A stretch of DNA of 64,000 bases from Geosiphon pyriformis uo1 (GCA_016748015.1 JAAOMT010000752.1:256976-320975), one strand, 5' to 3'; counted from the first letter of the stretch, positions 1 to 15,126 are shown. Made by a program: numbers and translations. The notes: generated by a model not told the origin, from the sequence alone.

Positions 1-2167
1 TAATAACTCAGTAAAAATAAAGTGACCAAATAAATTACTTTGATTTTTAATTCATTTTCAAAGTTTTTAAAAATATTTTATTATCTTAATATTTTGAAAT
101 TAAAAAAAAACATTATTTTCATATATTTTTTATTAAAACTTATTTTCACAAGCTCAAAATTGCAAAAATCAAATTAAAAAGAATTTTTTTTCAATTTTTA
201 AAAATTCAATTATATCTCCATTTTATCATAACTTTTCAACAAATAATTCAAAAAGAAAGATTAAACACTACAAAAAAGCCTTGTATGCTAAAAATGTTTT
301 TAGCATACAATCGTGAAATAGTGAACTTTAATGCTAAATTTTTAAATTAGGAACGTGAGCGAAACGATATTTAATCTATTTGATAATGGATAAATAGAGC
401 TTAAATTCATGAACAATCTTGACATCTAAATTTATAATTTGTGAAATTTATACTTTATAATTTTTTATGAAAGCTAAAAAAAAACTCATCTTCCTTATTT
501 ATGCAAAAACTGGTTTATTATAACCCTTATTAACCTTGAATGTAAATGTAAATATTTTTTCTTTGATTGAAAATTATTTTGTAAGTTATGGCTTGTAGGC
601 TATAAAAAGAACCTGCCTAATAAATCTGATTTTGTTCTCTTTAGATATGTACTCAGTACCTCAACACTTGACAAATTTTTATAATTTATATCACTATTAA
701 AATTCAAATTATTTTAATTGGTATGGGATTTTTGGATAAAGCCTTGCTTAAAGTTTACATTTTACAAATGGTTTAAATCTAAATTCAATGTAAATTTTTA
801 AACTAATTTTATTTTATCAAATTGAAATATTATATTTTAATTTTATTATAAAGCAAGATTCCTTATTTATTCATAAACTCATCAGAAGTTTAAAATTAAA
901 CAGACCCTGATAGTAATTTTTTTATAAACTTGTATCATATTACAAAATATGCGATCAATGTTTTGTTTCTAAAGCTTAAAGTTATTTATTTATTTATTCA
1001 ATAGAAAGGTTTTCTAAAAACATTAATATTGTAATTAAACCAATAATAATTCCATTTTTGAGAACGTTTTAGTCCATATAACAGTTTCAAGCATTTTTTT
1101 ATCCTGACTCTAATTTCAATGATGAAAGTTCAAGTTTTCGTTTATAAGTTCAAATCATATAAATTATTTAACGTTGATAAAACCTTTAAAAGGTAAGCCA
1201 CTAAGAAAAATCATAGGTGATTTCTAAGATAAAGATTAACAAAGAAAATAAACAACATGTAAAAATATAAACATATATTAAGTACAAATAAAAGTAAAAT
1301 TTATTATCATTGATTTATATTAAAATTATATAAAACATTAAATTTATGACCTTTAAAATTTTTCAAAGAATACAATTGATCATTTTTTAAAATGATTGAT
1401 ATACATCTACAGTATAGTTTGATCTTTTTTTAAGATCAAACCTTATCATTCATTATCGGTTTAAATAAATAATACTACAAGAAATTAAAAATTGAAGCTG
1501 TTTTCTAGTTTGCCTCCTGAAATTTTTTAGATCTTAAAGTTACTAATATGCATTACTTGAGAGCACAACCTTTAAACTCCCTTTTGTTGAATCATTAATT
1601 TACTTGCCCAGAAAAGAAATACACGTTTTTACTACGAAATATAGGAAATTTCTGCTAAAATAATGGCGCTAACCTCTGGGTGTATACCCAATTTGGTTGC
1701 ACATATATTATCCCTTTATTGTATGATCATTTACATACAATCTGATTTTCATATCACAATAAACCCGAATAATTGTATCGTGTATACGTCAGTGTTTCCA
1801 ACACTCCCCGCGTAAATAATAGTAACTAATGTTTCCCGTCAGTCCTTTTAGGGATCATTTCCAGAATACCGGGCTCGCTGACGAAATTTTATAAAACATT
1901 CTACGGTCCATTTATCTTGGGCGGAATTTTAAATTTCTATAATTGACCAATTAAAGCTCAATAAATTTTTAATTCTCATTAAAAAAGTTAATTCAATTTT
2001 TAGAATGATGAAACCATGAATCAATGATTCCTCAGTTTTTTGACTAAATTGAACATTCTATACTCTGACATCGAAATTTATAAAGAGTTTGAAATGTTAA
2101 TTTTTTCGAGGTAAGGTTTCGCCCATATACTTTTTCTCTATAAAAAAAATCTTATATTCGATACCTC

Positions 2168-4551
2168 ATGCAGAATACCCGAGACATTGATGTGTACTCA
2201 TGGATCTCCTTAAACATTTTCCTTCTAGTGATCTTATTCGTTGTATATCCCATTTCTGTACCTATTCCATTCACCGATAGACCTCCATTTCGACCCAAAA
2301 AACAATCTAACAAAAGAAATGTTCAAAGAAATCAATCTATCAAATCAGACTGTAAAGGTTACTCGATTCACCTTCCGTTGAATCTGGCTACAGCACCAAT
2401 CCTTGGGAGCTTAATCTTGTTGGCGACAACGTGTATTGATGCTCAGGTCGTGTTGAATGGATTTGTTGGCTCAGAAGGGATTCAACCATATAGTATCATG
2501 ATTTTATTTTATGCTTTGGTATGGTTTGGGAAACATTTGTTATCTGGGGGATGATTGCAGGTAGAAATTCCCCACTTTGATTTTAGTCCTTTTAAAACTA
2601 ACTATCCATCGATTATGCTTTTATCATGAAAATCAAAGGCCTATATTTGTATTAGTCTGGATATGACTGGATTCGTGGAATTCTGCGCCTACTGGTTTTC
2701 AAATCGTAGTGGTTCCGACGGCAAAAAACTTTTTACCTATTTTTTCATTTTGTTCAATATTATCACCGCTTTCACTAGTAATGATGTTACAATATTGGCT
2801 GGAACAAGTGAGTTAAAATTGGCTATTTTACATTTTATTGAAAAAATATAATTTGAAATTTTGGAATTTTCTAAAACAGCATTCCTGATCTATTTTACAC
2901 GTCTTGCCAATATCAATCCTCCCACGGCATTCTTGATTTCCGAGTTTCAGGCTGCGAATATAGGTAAACAAATTTTTAATGCATCTTCTAAAATTTTTAA
3001 TCAATTGACTCTATATTCATTTCTTTCTTTTGCTTTAGCGTCCATGCTTCTATACATTGGTAATCCTACCAATGTTGTCGTCGCCCAAGCTTACGACATC
3101 AGTTTTCTCAAATACAGTGCATGGATGACAATGCCAACAATAGTCTCAATCGTTGTGGCCTACATAATGCTTCGGATCGTATTTCGGCGCGTAAAATATA
3201 TTCCAGATGAAGTCCACACGCCAAAACGTCCTCCTCGGGAAGTATTGGTTTCCCCTAAAGGGGCCATTTTCGGATGTTTTGTACTTGCAGCTTGTATAGT
3301 GACCTTGATGGTCACTTCTTTCTCGGGGATTCAAGTTTGGAAAGTTACTTTACCATTCGCTGTTGCTATGCTTATCAAAGATACTTTTTATGATTTGTGG
3401 TTCGACAAGAAAAAAAGAAACTATTCGAAAGAACAGGAGCTAGAAACGGGAAACAATAAAGAAGGGAAAGAGCAGCCAGCTGAAGATTTAGAAGCTTTTG
3501 AAATGAAAAATACCGATAATACTATAGTATCAAAGGATCGAAAAGACAGAGCTTTATCAACTTCATTATCTACATCTACCACAATAGCTACAAGGTCGAT
3601 TGGTGTTAATTCAGATATGAACATTGAATCAGATCCTAAACGTCAATCTGGAGTAGATACAATTTCAAGTGAAAAAAAGGAACAATTAATCGATAAAATA
3701 GTAACCAATTCACAAACTTCAGATCATGAATCCGGGAACACTCTTGAGATTGCAACGGCAATACCATTTGAGCCAACGAAATCAAATGAAATTCCAATTT
3801 TTATTTGCGAAACCATTGAATCAACGGCCGCTCCTTTAATTGTTCGTGTTTCTTGGTTTCAACAAAAATTACCAACCGTTTATGGTGTGCTTATTCGTAT
3901 GCCAGGAGCTTTATTACCTTTTTCATTGGGAATGTTTGTACTTGTTGAAGGTATTCTCACTTTTAATTTGAATTATCAGGTTCTCTTTTGAGTATAGCGA
4001 TTAATTTAACATTTCTTTTCATCCTTTTTATTTTCACCATCGTATTCAAAGCACTTTCTTCATTGGGCTGGATAGCATTATTCGCTAAAGCCCTTAGCAA
4101 AATAACCCCAAGCTACATTCCTGCTATCTTCTCTATGGCGTTGATATCAATCATTTTATGTAATCTACTGAATAATCTTCCAATGACAGTACTCATGACA
4201 CGGGTTTTACAACACTCAAATTTTGCCAATGCTAGCCATGTAACACCTGTTATCATGAAAGGTTGCATTTTTGCGTTGATTATCGGGAGTAATGTCGGAG
4301 CTTGTTTCACAGTGTTTGGTGCTCTGGCTGGCATAATGTAAAGTATTTTTCAATTATTTTGATCTTTTCTAGAAACGATAATTCTCATAGATATCTCTCC
4401 CTATTTTTAATTTAGGTGGGATAAAATATTAAAGGATAAAGGAATCCCGATAACCTATTGGCAGTTCTTGCGATGGAATATATATGTCATGCCTTTGGTC
4501 GTTATAAGTTCCTGTGCGGTATTGATCTTTGAGTTGTATATTATATATTAG
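2168..4551 (+). CDS. ArsB/NhaD (ion transporter superfamily) membrane permease, arsenical-pump-like
   Basis: Spliced exons ~2168-2518, 2639-2807, 2880-2963, 3039-3950, 4052-4337 and 4416-4551 (GT-AG, phases consistent). Motifs: AYICISLDMTGF, TSNDVTIL, ANIASMLLYIGNPTNVVVA, LLPFSLGMFVLVEAL, NLLNNLPMT, IGSNVGACFTVFGALAGIMW..IL..KGI.I.YWQF. Many hydrophobic helices and a large polar loop. The exact start codon is uncertain. Confidence 0.85.
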
Positions 4552-4868
4552 CAGTGATGTTGAGTCAAAGGAAAAATTAAAATGTGGCAAGTAGCGCAGT
4601 TTTCATTAGATACATTTTCAATTAGAATAAAATTATATTGTATCATAATTTATTCAATGTAAAATTTTTGACGCTACCCAATTTCAAAATAGATCTGTCA
4701 AGCTGTTTTTGTTTATCTAACAAAATTACCTTTTACCGAGGACATTCTCCGCGTCGATCCAAAATGATAAGTTCAAGTATTTGTTCTTTGATACGTTCTC
4801 TTAACTAAACAAAGGCATTCTTTTCTTTCCTGCCTCTTTCTACGAGAGAATACCCTTGGGAAAAAAAT

Positions 4869-6198
4869 ATGGGACCAAGAAAAGATATGCTTTCGGTGAT
4901 TCCAAAATATAGTTTAAATTTTGTTTTCAAAGGAACTTTGGTAATATTAGGCCTATTTTTTTTGAGAAATACAATTTTATTGGTGGCAAATGGGGAAGTA
5001 ATTAAGAGACGAGCAGTTCAAAAAGATAATATACTTGGAATATCTGAGCAACAAATACATTCAAGAAACATTCAAGGCGTAATCAAACGCCGGCAAATTT
5101 TCGATGAAATCCCATTATTGGATGGGAATGATGATAATAAGAATGATGATAATAATCCCCTCATTCAGTCACCTTTAATCACCCCTCTCCCTGGAACAGT
5201 ACAAGATCCAAACCAAAATTTAGTGACTATATTCATTAGTCTGACCACATTTGCATATCGTGCTTATTGTGTGGGAGAGAAAACTTCAATTGACCAAAAT
5301 TTCCAAGGTACCTTGATGTTTTTTTTAGGAATCTCATTTTAATTCTATACTAAAAGTTATTATACATACCAGTCTCCTCGAACCTGGAGCAAGGCGTCCT
5401 AACATTCGCATTTCAAAGCGGCTCTCGTAGACTAGAAAATCTAAGACAATGGCCATTTGAAAACAACGACCTAGCCCCACTCACGGATTTTTCGGCCCCA
5501 TATAACGCCATGGTTCACGGTGAGTTGTATTTACAGTATCAGGCTAGTAAATCAACAGTCGACTCTTTGCTTGGTCAATCGTTGGATGTGCCTATTTTCT
5601 TTGCTGGTGAAGGATTGGGCGCAGGTATGTTAAATGGAAATATTTTTTCATCTTATTGAGGATTGATAAGTTAGGTGTTTAGAAATGAGCTCACCTTTTT
5701 TTTCACCTTGAACATAGTGTATGCCTTGTTTTCATTTATTTCATTTGTTATGCAGCGTCGGCAATATCTAAAAAGCCCAATCACTCTTATTACCTACGGT
5801 GAACCACGAGTTGGCAATGACGTATTTGCTGAATGGTTTAATTTTTGGAGTAGAAAATATAATGCCCCCGTTTACCGTTTCAGGTTAGAGCTAGATCGCA
5901 TTGCTAACTTCCCACCACGAACTTATGGCTATGTGCATCATGCTACTGAGTATTTGTTGAGCTCCCAGGTTGGGAATGTGTACGAATGTGATCGTCGAGA
6001 TCCGGTACGTGCTTCTAACCCATTTTATTTTGTGATCAAGGAAATTTATAAGTAATGGGTCTTGATTTTTTGACAATATTGTTAATCTTTTTTTAGGAAT
6101 GTGCTATTTCGAATAGAATTACTTCTTTGGAGACTATTCAGTACGGAGGATATTTTGGGATTGATGTTGGGAAATGTATTGGAAAGAATCTGTTTTAG
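4869..6198 (+). CDS. Secreted lipase class 3-fold protein, predicted catalytically inactive (elbow GEGLG)
   Basis: Exons 4869-5307, 5373-5624, 5718-6004 and 6097-6198. N-terminal hydrophobic stretch plus KRR sites; FAYRAYC, VHGELY, IFFAGEGLGAVYA, TYGEPRVGN, D..ANFPP..YGYVHHATEY, C-terminal GGYFG..VGKC. Confidence 0.8.
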
Positions 6199-9100
6199 CA
6201 AGATCTCTGGAAAAAAATTAATCAATGAAATTTAAGAGAAACTAACCATTTGACTGAATCACGAGAATGTTGTTGGAATTTTTTTTATTTTTTAAGATTT
6301 TACCCAAAGTTAGTTATCTTGTTTAAAATATTCTTATTTATTGGCAAGAAATTAAATAGCAATTTATTATGCTATAGATAGTTGAAAAGTTTTTTTTTTG
6401 AATTGGCTAATAAATCATATCACATGTGTATATTATTAAACTTTGGTTTATTGTTTGATTGATTTTCAAAAAATTAACAATATAATACAAATTTATAAAA
6501 ATAAAACTTTTTTAATATTTTATTAAACATATGATTCATAAAAATTTAAACGACCATTTTGTTTAATTTTTCTATTTTAGTAATTCTTATCTAAGATTTA
6601 TTAATCTTATTATATTTTAAAATTAATCATAATTTAATCAAATGATTTTTTAATTATCTTCAACTTAATAAAATATAATTAATTTATAATTAAATCAATA
6701 ATGTTTTTTTAAAAAATAATAATGTACATTATTATTTATTTTGTTAATTGCAATTATTTTATTAAAAAAATTTTTTTTTTTTTACAGAAATAGGTTAAAA
6801 TCAATCAAATTAATTATCAATTAAAATAACATTATAATATAAAATTTATTAATAAAACCATTATTAAATTATTTTAAGTAATTAGTTTTTTATTTTTATA
6901 ATTTATAACCAAATAATAAATTTTTTATTAAATATTATTAATTTTTATTTACTATTAACTTATTTTATTAAAAGTTAATTATTATTATTGAATTACTTTA
7001 AAAAAATTTATTTCAAGTAATAAATATAGATATAGAAAATCTCGTACATTTGTATAGTTGTGCATTCTGTTGATTCTAATTTGAATAAAGTATAATCATG
7101 TAAATAATTAATAATAACCTTCATAAATTGTTAATGTAATCTTTTTCAATTATATTATACACTTTTAGTTAAACTTTAAAAATTAATAATTTTTCCAAGT
7201 TTATTTACATTTGAAAATAATAATGATAATTTTAGTTTCAAAAAATATTATATATTACCATATTTACAAATATTGTTATTTTTAATAGTTATAAATATAA
7301 TGTATTAAATTCAGTAAATCATTAACTATACAACACATTTTTTTCTTTTTAAATATTAATACTTTATTTTAAAACCATGCATTTTAGTTATTGGTATGAT
7401 TTTGAGCAATATGTTTTAATACACCAAATGAAAGAATGGTAAAATTATTATCAATATCAATATCAATATCAAAAAGAGTTATAAAATTAATTTATTAAAA
7501 ACATGTTGCTTAATTAAACTTTTTTAAATTTAAACTTATAATTCTCAAGTTTTTTACAATTATCACAAATTAACAGATTTTTTAAATAATTGAGCAAGTT
7601 ATTAACATAGCTGTTGATTTAATTATTTACTTAATTATTAATCTAATTATTAAACTTAATTATCAACATAATTATTAATCTGAATGTTAATTTTTATATA
7701 AAAAATGCGGTTTAAAACATAAAGTATTAATTTTTTGCTTGTTTATTATTTTTAATAGCAAACTATTTTTTTACTTTCAAATTAATGTATATTTTTGGTA
7801 ATTTTCAAGTTTGATTATTTTAAAATTGGTTTTATTGATATTTTTTATTGAATATTTTAAGAGTTTTCATATAAAATTTTGATTTCCTTGTTATTTAATT
7901 TAATAACTGAATATAATTTGTTAGAAATACTGTTTTCTTAAAAAATGTAAAATATTATTTGAATTTACAAAGACTAATTATTTCAAAATTGGTGATTAAG
8001 TTTCGTGTTTTTTAGCACGTTATTTATATTACTTAATTTTTTAAAATTTAAAATTTAAAAAATTTGCATCTTTTAAAATTAATAACCAGATTAATTTAAG
8101 AACTTAATTTTTAAAGTTTTCATTAAATTTTAAGATTTTATAATATATTTAAAACATTGTACTAAATGCCAAATTTTATTATTACTATTTATTATGATTT
8201 CGAAGTAAAACAAAAATATTTAATATTATTTAGGTTTATTTTTAAGATTATTAGTCAAAAAGTTTTTTTTTAATTAATTAACATTATTTTTAATTATTAA
8301 TTTATTTTTATTTTATAAATATAAATTATTTTTCTATTATATTATAATTTATTAACAATTATATGTGTACAATTTTTTATTCTTAACAAAACATTTAATT
8401 TGATTGACACCAATTAATTTTTTTTATTCTATTTATTTTACTTTACTAATTTTCGTCAGTTTACTTTATTAAAATAGTTGTTTTTTAATAAAATCAAAAT
8501 ATAATTTTGGATTTTATTAATTATTAATTTTTATTAAAAGTAATAAACAAAACAATTGTGAATATATTTTGAAATGAATAAACAAATGAATAAAATATGA
8601 GATCTTAATTTCGAAATAATATTAGTTAAATAAATATACATTAAAAAGACTAAAAAATAATTTTTTTCGCCTAAAATTAAAATCATTAAATGCATTAAAA
8701 AATATTTTGATGAATTTTTAATACAAATAAAATTATTTTTGTTGATAAATAATTTATTAAAATTATTATTGTAAGAATAATTTTAAAATTTATTATCATA
8801 TATATGATTTAATAAGATAAAAGGAATTAATAAACTATTTTAAATTTTGATCGAAAAAATTAATTTATTTAAAAATCAGTAAAATAGTTTGGTTTAATTA
8901 AAAATTATAATGTGAATCAAAAAAAAGATTAATTTGATTTATTAAATTTATAATTAAACCAATGAAACAAATTCTTTTTATATATAAAAACTAGATTTCA
9001 TTTGCAAGAAACGTAATATTTTTAAAATACTGAATGTAACGTTCAGATTTATTTATTGGAAATGAAATTATTTAAGCATTATATTTAATGAGTATTTACA

Positions 9101-9636
9101 TATATTTTTAGAGTTTAAATACATTAATAAATAGTAGGTGATATGTCCCTTAATATTTAAAAGTTTTATTTGGAATTATAATTAAGAATCTGAAGGTTTT
9201 CCTTTAAAGCATCCAAAGTTAGTTTAAACCGAGAGCTAACGAAAACAAGAAACTAAAAGCGGTTCTTTAATAAAATTCTTAGTTTTAGTACACAAAGAGT
9301 TTTCATTTCTTTGTAGAACAACAATAAACATAAAACTACTTGATTAGGCAATGACAATGAGATCATGAGGAACTTGTTTGGCGTATTTCTTTGTGTCCCC
9401 GTAGCCACTTAAACCTATTTAGTATAATTTATAGCGAATCATAGTTTGATGAATAAAGACCACTTTTTAAGATTAATAAATTGATTTTTTTACTATGTGA
9501 ACACAGAGAAACAATATAAATAAGAACTCCGCGTTTAAACAAATTACTTTTTAAACGTACTATCAAATAAACATTTTCAAAAAAAACCCTCTTCAAATAA
9601 TAATCTATTTACATTTTATCCGTACTTATTCATACC

Positions 9637-11302
9637 ATGGAAAACAAAGAAATTAAAAGAATATCTCGTCTAGAATCTCATGATTGCAATGAGTGTGAAA
9701 AATGTCAAGAGAGCATTAAAGATAATAGTAATAATAGGTGTAGTGCATGCCATTTCATATTTTTTTGAAAAACTTTATAAGAACTTTTCAAGCGGCAATA
9801 ACGAAGTTGATGTATTAATTAAGAATCCAATATATTTTCCACCTAATAAGAATAATTTTAACTTTGGTGATGTTCTTAACTATGAATGGATTCCATGGGA
9901 GCGTTTGTCGTATGTCAATGAAATTGCTAAAGGAGGGTTCGGTATAATTTATAAAGCAACATGGATTGATGGATTAATTGATCCAGAAAGTATAAAACAT
10001 CATCGTGAAATGGAATATAAAAGGAGAAGATGGGGAGTAGAGAAAGTAGCAATAAAAGTTATAAAAACGAACAGTGAAGAAGTGCTTAAAGAGGTAAACA
10101 AACTATTATTATTGTTTATATTTATCTAAAATTCATTTTTTATTAATTCATATTCAATTAATTCCTATTTACCTATTATTTATTAACTGTATATTATCGT
10201 TTATTTACTTTTTTACACTGTGTCGTTGATAGTTAAATATTCAAAGAGCTATTTTAATTAATAACAAGGGTATGAATTGTATCTCTTCAATGTATGGAAT
10301 TACGCAAAACGCTGAAACACTCGAGTATGGAATTGTGATGCCCTTTGCTAAATTTGGAGATATGCGAAAATATTTATCAACAAAATTTTATTCTATAAGT
10401 TGGTCTGGTAAATTAAGAAATGCGTATTTAATAGCTGGCGGACTTTCACAAATTCATTCTTTTGGTATGGTTCATTGTGACTTACACTCGGGCAACATTC
10501 TACAATATGGCTATGACGAGGTATATATTGGAGACCTCGGATTATGTCAACCAGTAAAAAATGAAGCAACAACAACAACAGAGGAAAAAAAGATATATGG
10601 AGTGATTCCATACATTCCACCAGAGGTTTTAAGAGGAGAAAAGTTTACAACAGCTGGTGATATTTATAGTTTTGCCATGTTATTATGGGAATTATCAACA
10701 GGAAAGCCTCCCTTTTATGATTGTAACCATGATCATATTCTTATAATGGCTATTTTAAATGGTCAAAGACCTAAGATTACTTCCCCACTTATTCCACCTT
10801 GTATTGTCAAAATAATTGTAAAGTGTTGGGATCCTAATCCTGAGAATCGTCCTACTGCTGATGAAGTATGGCATAAGTTGATGGAACTTAGGAAGATGTA
10901 TGAACGGTTTAGAGATAAGAATTCTACAGATGAGGAGTTAGGTCCTCAGTTTCTAGAATCAGAGAAATACTTAGAAGAAATGGCAGAAAGTGACGACTCA
11001 ACGACAACAACAACAACTCGCATTCATCAAGGAGCAGTTTATACAAGTCGTGTTTTAACTTTGCAAATGATTGATTTTTCTGAAGGTTAGTTTATTTAAT
11101 TTAGAAAGAATTAATTTATTTGATTTAATTATTATACAGTATATTAAAAAAATACATTTAATTTACATTACTATTTTAAAAGAATTAGTGTTTCTCCCTA
11201 AAGGTAAGAAATTGAAAAAAAGTTTAAATATAATTATGTAATTTACATTATAATATTTTAAATGGTTATTTTCCTATTTATTTTATATTAGACGACGCTT
11301 AA
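9637..11302 (+). pseudogene. TKL-type protein kinase, copy A; +1 frameshift in exon 1 (pseudogene or homopolymer sequencing error)
   Basis: ATG 9637 reads MENKEIKRISRLESHDCNECEKC...HFIFF then TGA at 9766-9768, because the T run 9760-9766 has 7 T versus 6 in the paralogue. The downstream frame has IAKGGFGIIYKA, VAIK, HCDLHSGN, IGDLG, GVIPYIPPE, DIYSF and CWDPNPENRP. Exons 9637-10093, 10233-11085, 11183-11203 and 11292-11302. Confidence 0.85.
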
Positions 11303-11770
11303 TATATCTAATCGTGATCGGGTATCTTTATTTTCCCATTCGTAAGTACGTTAACTCTATAATGCGATTAATTTTATTACTTGGTTAATCTTTTCATAAG
11401 GGATATTGTCTAAATAGTTTTTATCGTTATTATATTTTAAATTATATTAATGATAATGTTGTTAGATTTATTTCAATTAATTTATTATAAAGAGTATTCT
11501 CTCACCTAAAAAATAATATTCAAACAAATATTTTCAGGAGGAACTATAATAAAAAAAAAGGATTCATATTTATAATATTGATTAAACAAATCAATTAAAC
11601 TTGAAAGTTTTATAAGTGAAAGTTAAAATGTGGTGAAGGTCTTTATTTTATTAACAACTTTATGAATCAATGAAAGTTTTTTTAGAAAAGCAATCAACTA
11701 AACATTTATTTAATAATCTTTTTAAATTTTAATAAAAATAAGATCACAATTGATTTTAATGTGAAAGAAA

Positions 11771-12368
11771 GAGTTAATGAATTTAGATAATTTTAAATAC
11801 ATTTTAAATGTGTTGCGCATATAATTAAATTAAGAGTAAATATCAATTAGTATCTGTTTTATTTAGTAGTTATCTAAATTATTAGGTTTTTTCTATTAAA
11901 AATGTAATTGAAAAATATGTAAATAAGCAATAGAAAAATTTTAATTTCTTGATTTATATATCGGATTAATTTATTTCAATGATATTATTAAAACTTGAAC
12001 ATATAACTAAATATGTTTAGTTAAATTCCTGAATTTGGGATCAAAAAAGATTATATGACNNNNNNNNNNNNNNNNNNNNGAGTTAATGAATTTAGATAAT
12101 TTTAAATACATTTTAAATGTGTTGCGCATATAATTAAATTAAGAGTAAATATCAATTAGTATCTGTTTTATTTAGTAGTTATCTAAATTATTAGGTTTTT
12201 TCTATTAAAAATGTAATTGAAAAATATGTAAATAAGCAATAGAAAAATTTTAATTTCTTGATTTATATATCGGATTAATTTATTTCAATGATATTATTAA
12301 AACTTGAACATATAACTAAATATGTTTAGTTAAATTCCTGAATTTGGGATCAAAAAAGATTATATGAC
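11771..12368. other. Scaffold gap (N run 12060-12079) flanked by an exact ~289-bp duplicate (11771-12059 = 12080-12368)
   Basis: Identical sequence gagttaatgaattt...gattatatgac on both sides of the N run, typical of unmerged overlapping contig ends. Confidence 0.9.
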
Positions 12369-12771
12369 ATTTTTTATAAATAATATACATGAATAATATA
12401 TTATGTAATTAGGTTTTTTACTCACTAATTAACAACTTCATATTTCTCATATTTTTTTAGCATGTTCTTTTAAAAATAAAGCTAGGAGTTGAGTTTATTA
12501 GTTAGTTTTTGTTTATAGCTCTTTGAAAAATTTGTGCACAGTTGATTAATTTAAATCTAATTACTTAAACCAATACAAATAAAAACAATAAAAAAATGAT
12601 TAAAGCTCAATATTTAAAAGTAAGTTCACCCAAAAAAAATTATCAGATATTTATATAATTTACCTATAATTAATAAATCAAAAAATTCAAAGTATGTATA
12701 TTTTTCAGTTGAATTAGTAGATGTAAATCAAAATTAAAAATTCGTTATAAAATAAAAATTAAAAGAAAAAA

Positions 12772-12772
<1 letters not shown>

Positions 12773-12810
<38 letters not shown>
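12773..12810. repeat. (TAT)n microsatellite
   Basis: Directly visible. Confidence 0.85.
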
Positions 12811-15126
12811 GAAAATAAAAAATTATTTTAATTATATAATAAATAGTGTGAGTATTTTAATTTTTTTAACAATTTAACAATTAAAATTTTATATTAATTT
12901 TAAGAATTTGGAGATTGTATCTTCTTAATTTAAAAAATTTTCCCTTATTGAAATTCCGAATTTTTAAATATATTTTTATTTAAGTTTATCGATAAAACAA
13001 AATTTTAAATTTTAAAATTGTGAAATTTTTTTTTATTTAAACTAAAATATATTTTTTTGAAAGTTTTTAATTAAAATTTTTTTAAGAAAAACAATAATTA
13101 TAATTTTGCAAAAATTTTTAAAATTTATAAAAAACAAAAAAAAATAATATTAAAGTTTTTTAATGATTAATTATTAGTTTTTTATTTTATTTTTATTAAA
13201 GTTTTACGAGTGCAGCCCAACCAATGTTTTTTAAATTACAATAAAACTGGTATCGTATTTATTTTTGTTTGAAGTTAAATATTATAAAAGAAACAATTAT
13301 AAAAAAAATTGTAATTAAAATAAAACTTAATTATTTATGCGCAAATTTGGCATCTTATTATTAAACATGAGTTAAATATATGACTCAAGCCTATTTAAAA
13401 TAAAAATAATTATTTAATACAAATTTTGTATTATCTTTGTATATATATATATATATATATATAAATTAATTAATTAATTATTAAAAATCTTAACAAAAAT
13501 TTGTATAAAAAATATTTTTATTTGAAATTTTTAATTATCAAAAAAATAATTGTCAGTCATAATACAAAATTATTTATAATTGTATGTAATAATTAAAATT
13601 AATACTTAAAATTTTTTATAAAAAGTTTAACCAATTTTTTGCCTAAATAAACTTATAAAGTTGTTGTATTGTTTAATTTTTTATTTTGTTATTAACGCAT
13701 TTTAAATTAACATAACAAATATATTGTAAAAATGTTTTAAACATAAATTTTTTAGGAATAATTTTAAATTTATTGTAGTTTTTAATGCTAAAATTAATTA
13801 GTAAATTTAAAAAATCTTTGTTTAAAAGACAATTTTTAATTTGATAATACAGTTGTTAAAAAAAAATTAACAAAAAAGTGTTAAAAAACATAGAAAATAT
13901 ATTATTTATGTATATTATTCATAAAATTCAAAAGTTCCAGCTCAAAAAATTTAATTCTATGTTTTATATAAAATAATCAACATTAAAAAATTAAATTTGT
14001 AATTTATATATAAAGTTTTATTATTTATTCATATATATTTTAATTCATTTGATAGTTACTATTAAAAAAATTATAGTCAACATGTTTAAAGCATGTAACA
14101 TTTTAAATTATTTGTAAAAATTCATTAACCCACTTTTTCAATTAGAAAATTCACATTTTATCGAATCATACATTAAATGTGAAAATTCTGATGATTATTA
14201 GAAAAACTAATACATTCCGTTGTTTTAATAGAATGTATGTTAAAATATTGCATATGAAAAATCTAAATTTAAAATTTCTAATAAAAACTTCTTTCATAAT
14301 ATTGGAAATTCGTATATTTTTATATGTATGCGAATTTGAGTTATATATATTTTAATCAAATGTAAAATTTAGAAATTAAAATCTAAAAAATTAGCTTAAT
14401 TGATTGCTTTTTTTAAAAAATTCGTTAGAATTTCAAATAATTAAATTATTGCATTATAAGTATTTTTTATATAATTTCTTCTCATATTTTTAAAATTTAT
14501 GTTTTTTCAATTTAAAACTTACTAACCTTTTTCATATTTGTTTTCGAATATATTGGTAAAAAAATGTTTATCCTATGATCAGTTATTTTCGATTATTTAT
14601 AGATCTGATTTCGAAAATTGATTTATATATTAATTAGTCATTTTATAAGAAATTAAATATATATATAGATATTTAATTTATACCATAAAGCTTATCTTAA
14701 TTAATATATAAAGTTTAGCTCTCGAGAATTTTGTTCATATCTTTAAAAAACATTTTAATTTGAAATTTTTATTATAAAATAAAAATTAATTTATTAAAGT
14801 TAACTCAAATTTAATAGTAAAATTTTTTAATAAAGTAAAGATTTTCATCACAATTCAACTTTCAATTTGAATCGCTTTTTAAAATAACCTTTTTTATTAT
14901 AGTTCCTTTTGAAAATAAAACATTCTTAGATATGAGGGAATACCATTTATAATAAATTGAATGTAATAAACGTTATAACTAACATAATTTAAAATGGAAT
15001 AAATAAAAAAGCTATTTAAAATATGTCCCTTATGAAAAGATTAGCCAAGTAATAAAATTAATCGCATTATAGAGTTAATGTACTTACGAATGGGAAAATA
15101 AAGATACCCGATCACGATTAGATCTA

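Noticed and set aside
2094-2110. Short upstream exon (ATG 2094, donor gtaag 2111) for the transporter
   Set aside because: Its phase does not match the acceptor at 2171-2173, so it cannot be joined in frame; it may be a 5' UTR intron.
11771-12368. Perfect 289-bp direct repeat
   Set aside because: The copies abut a 20-N gap and are identical, which indicates a scaffolding artefact rather than LTRs or a biological duplication.
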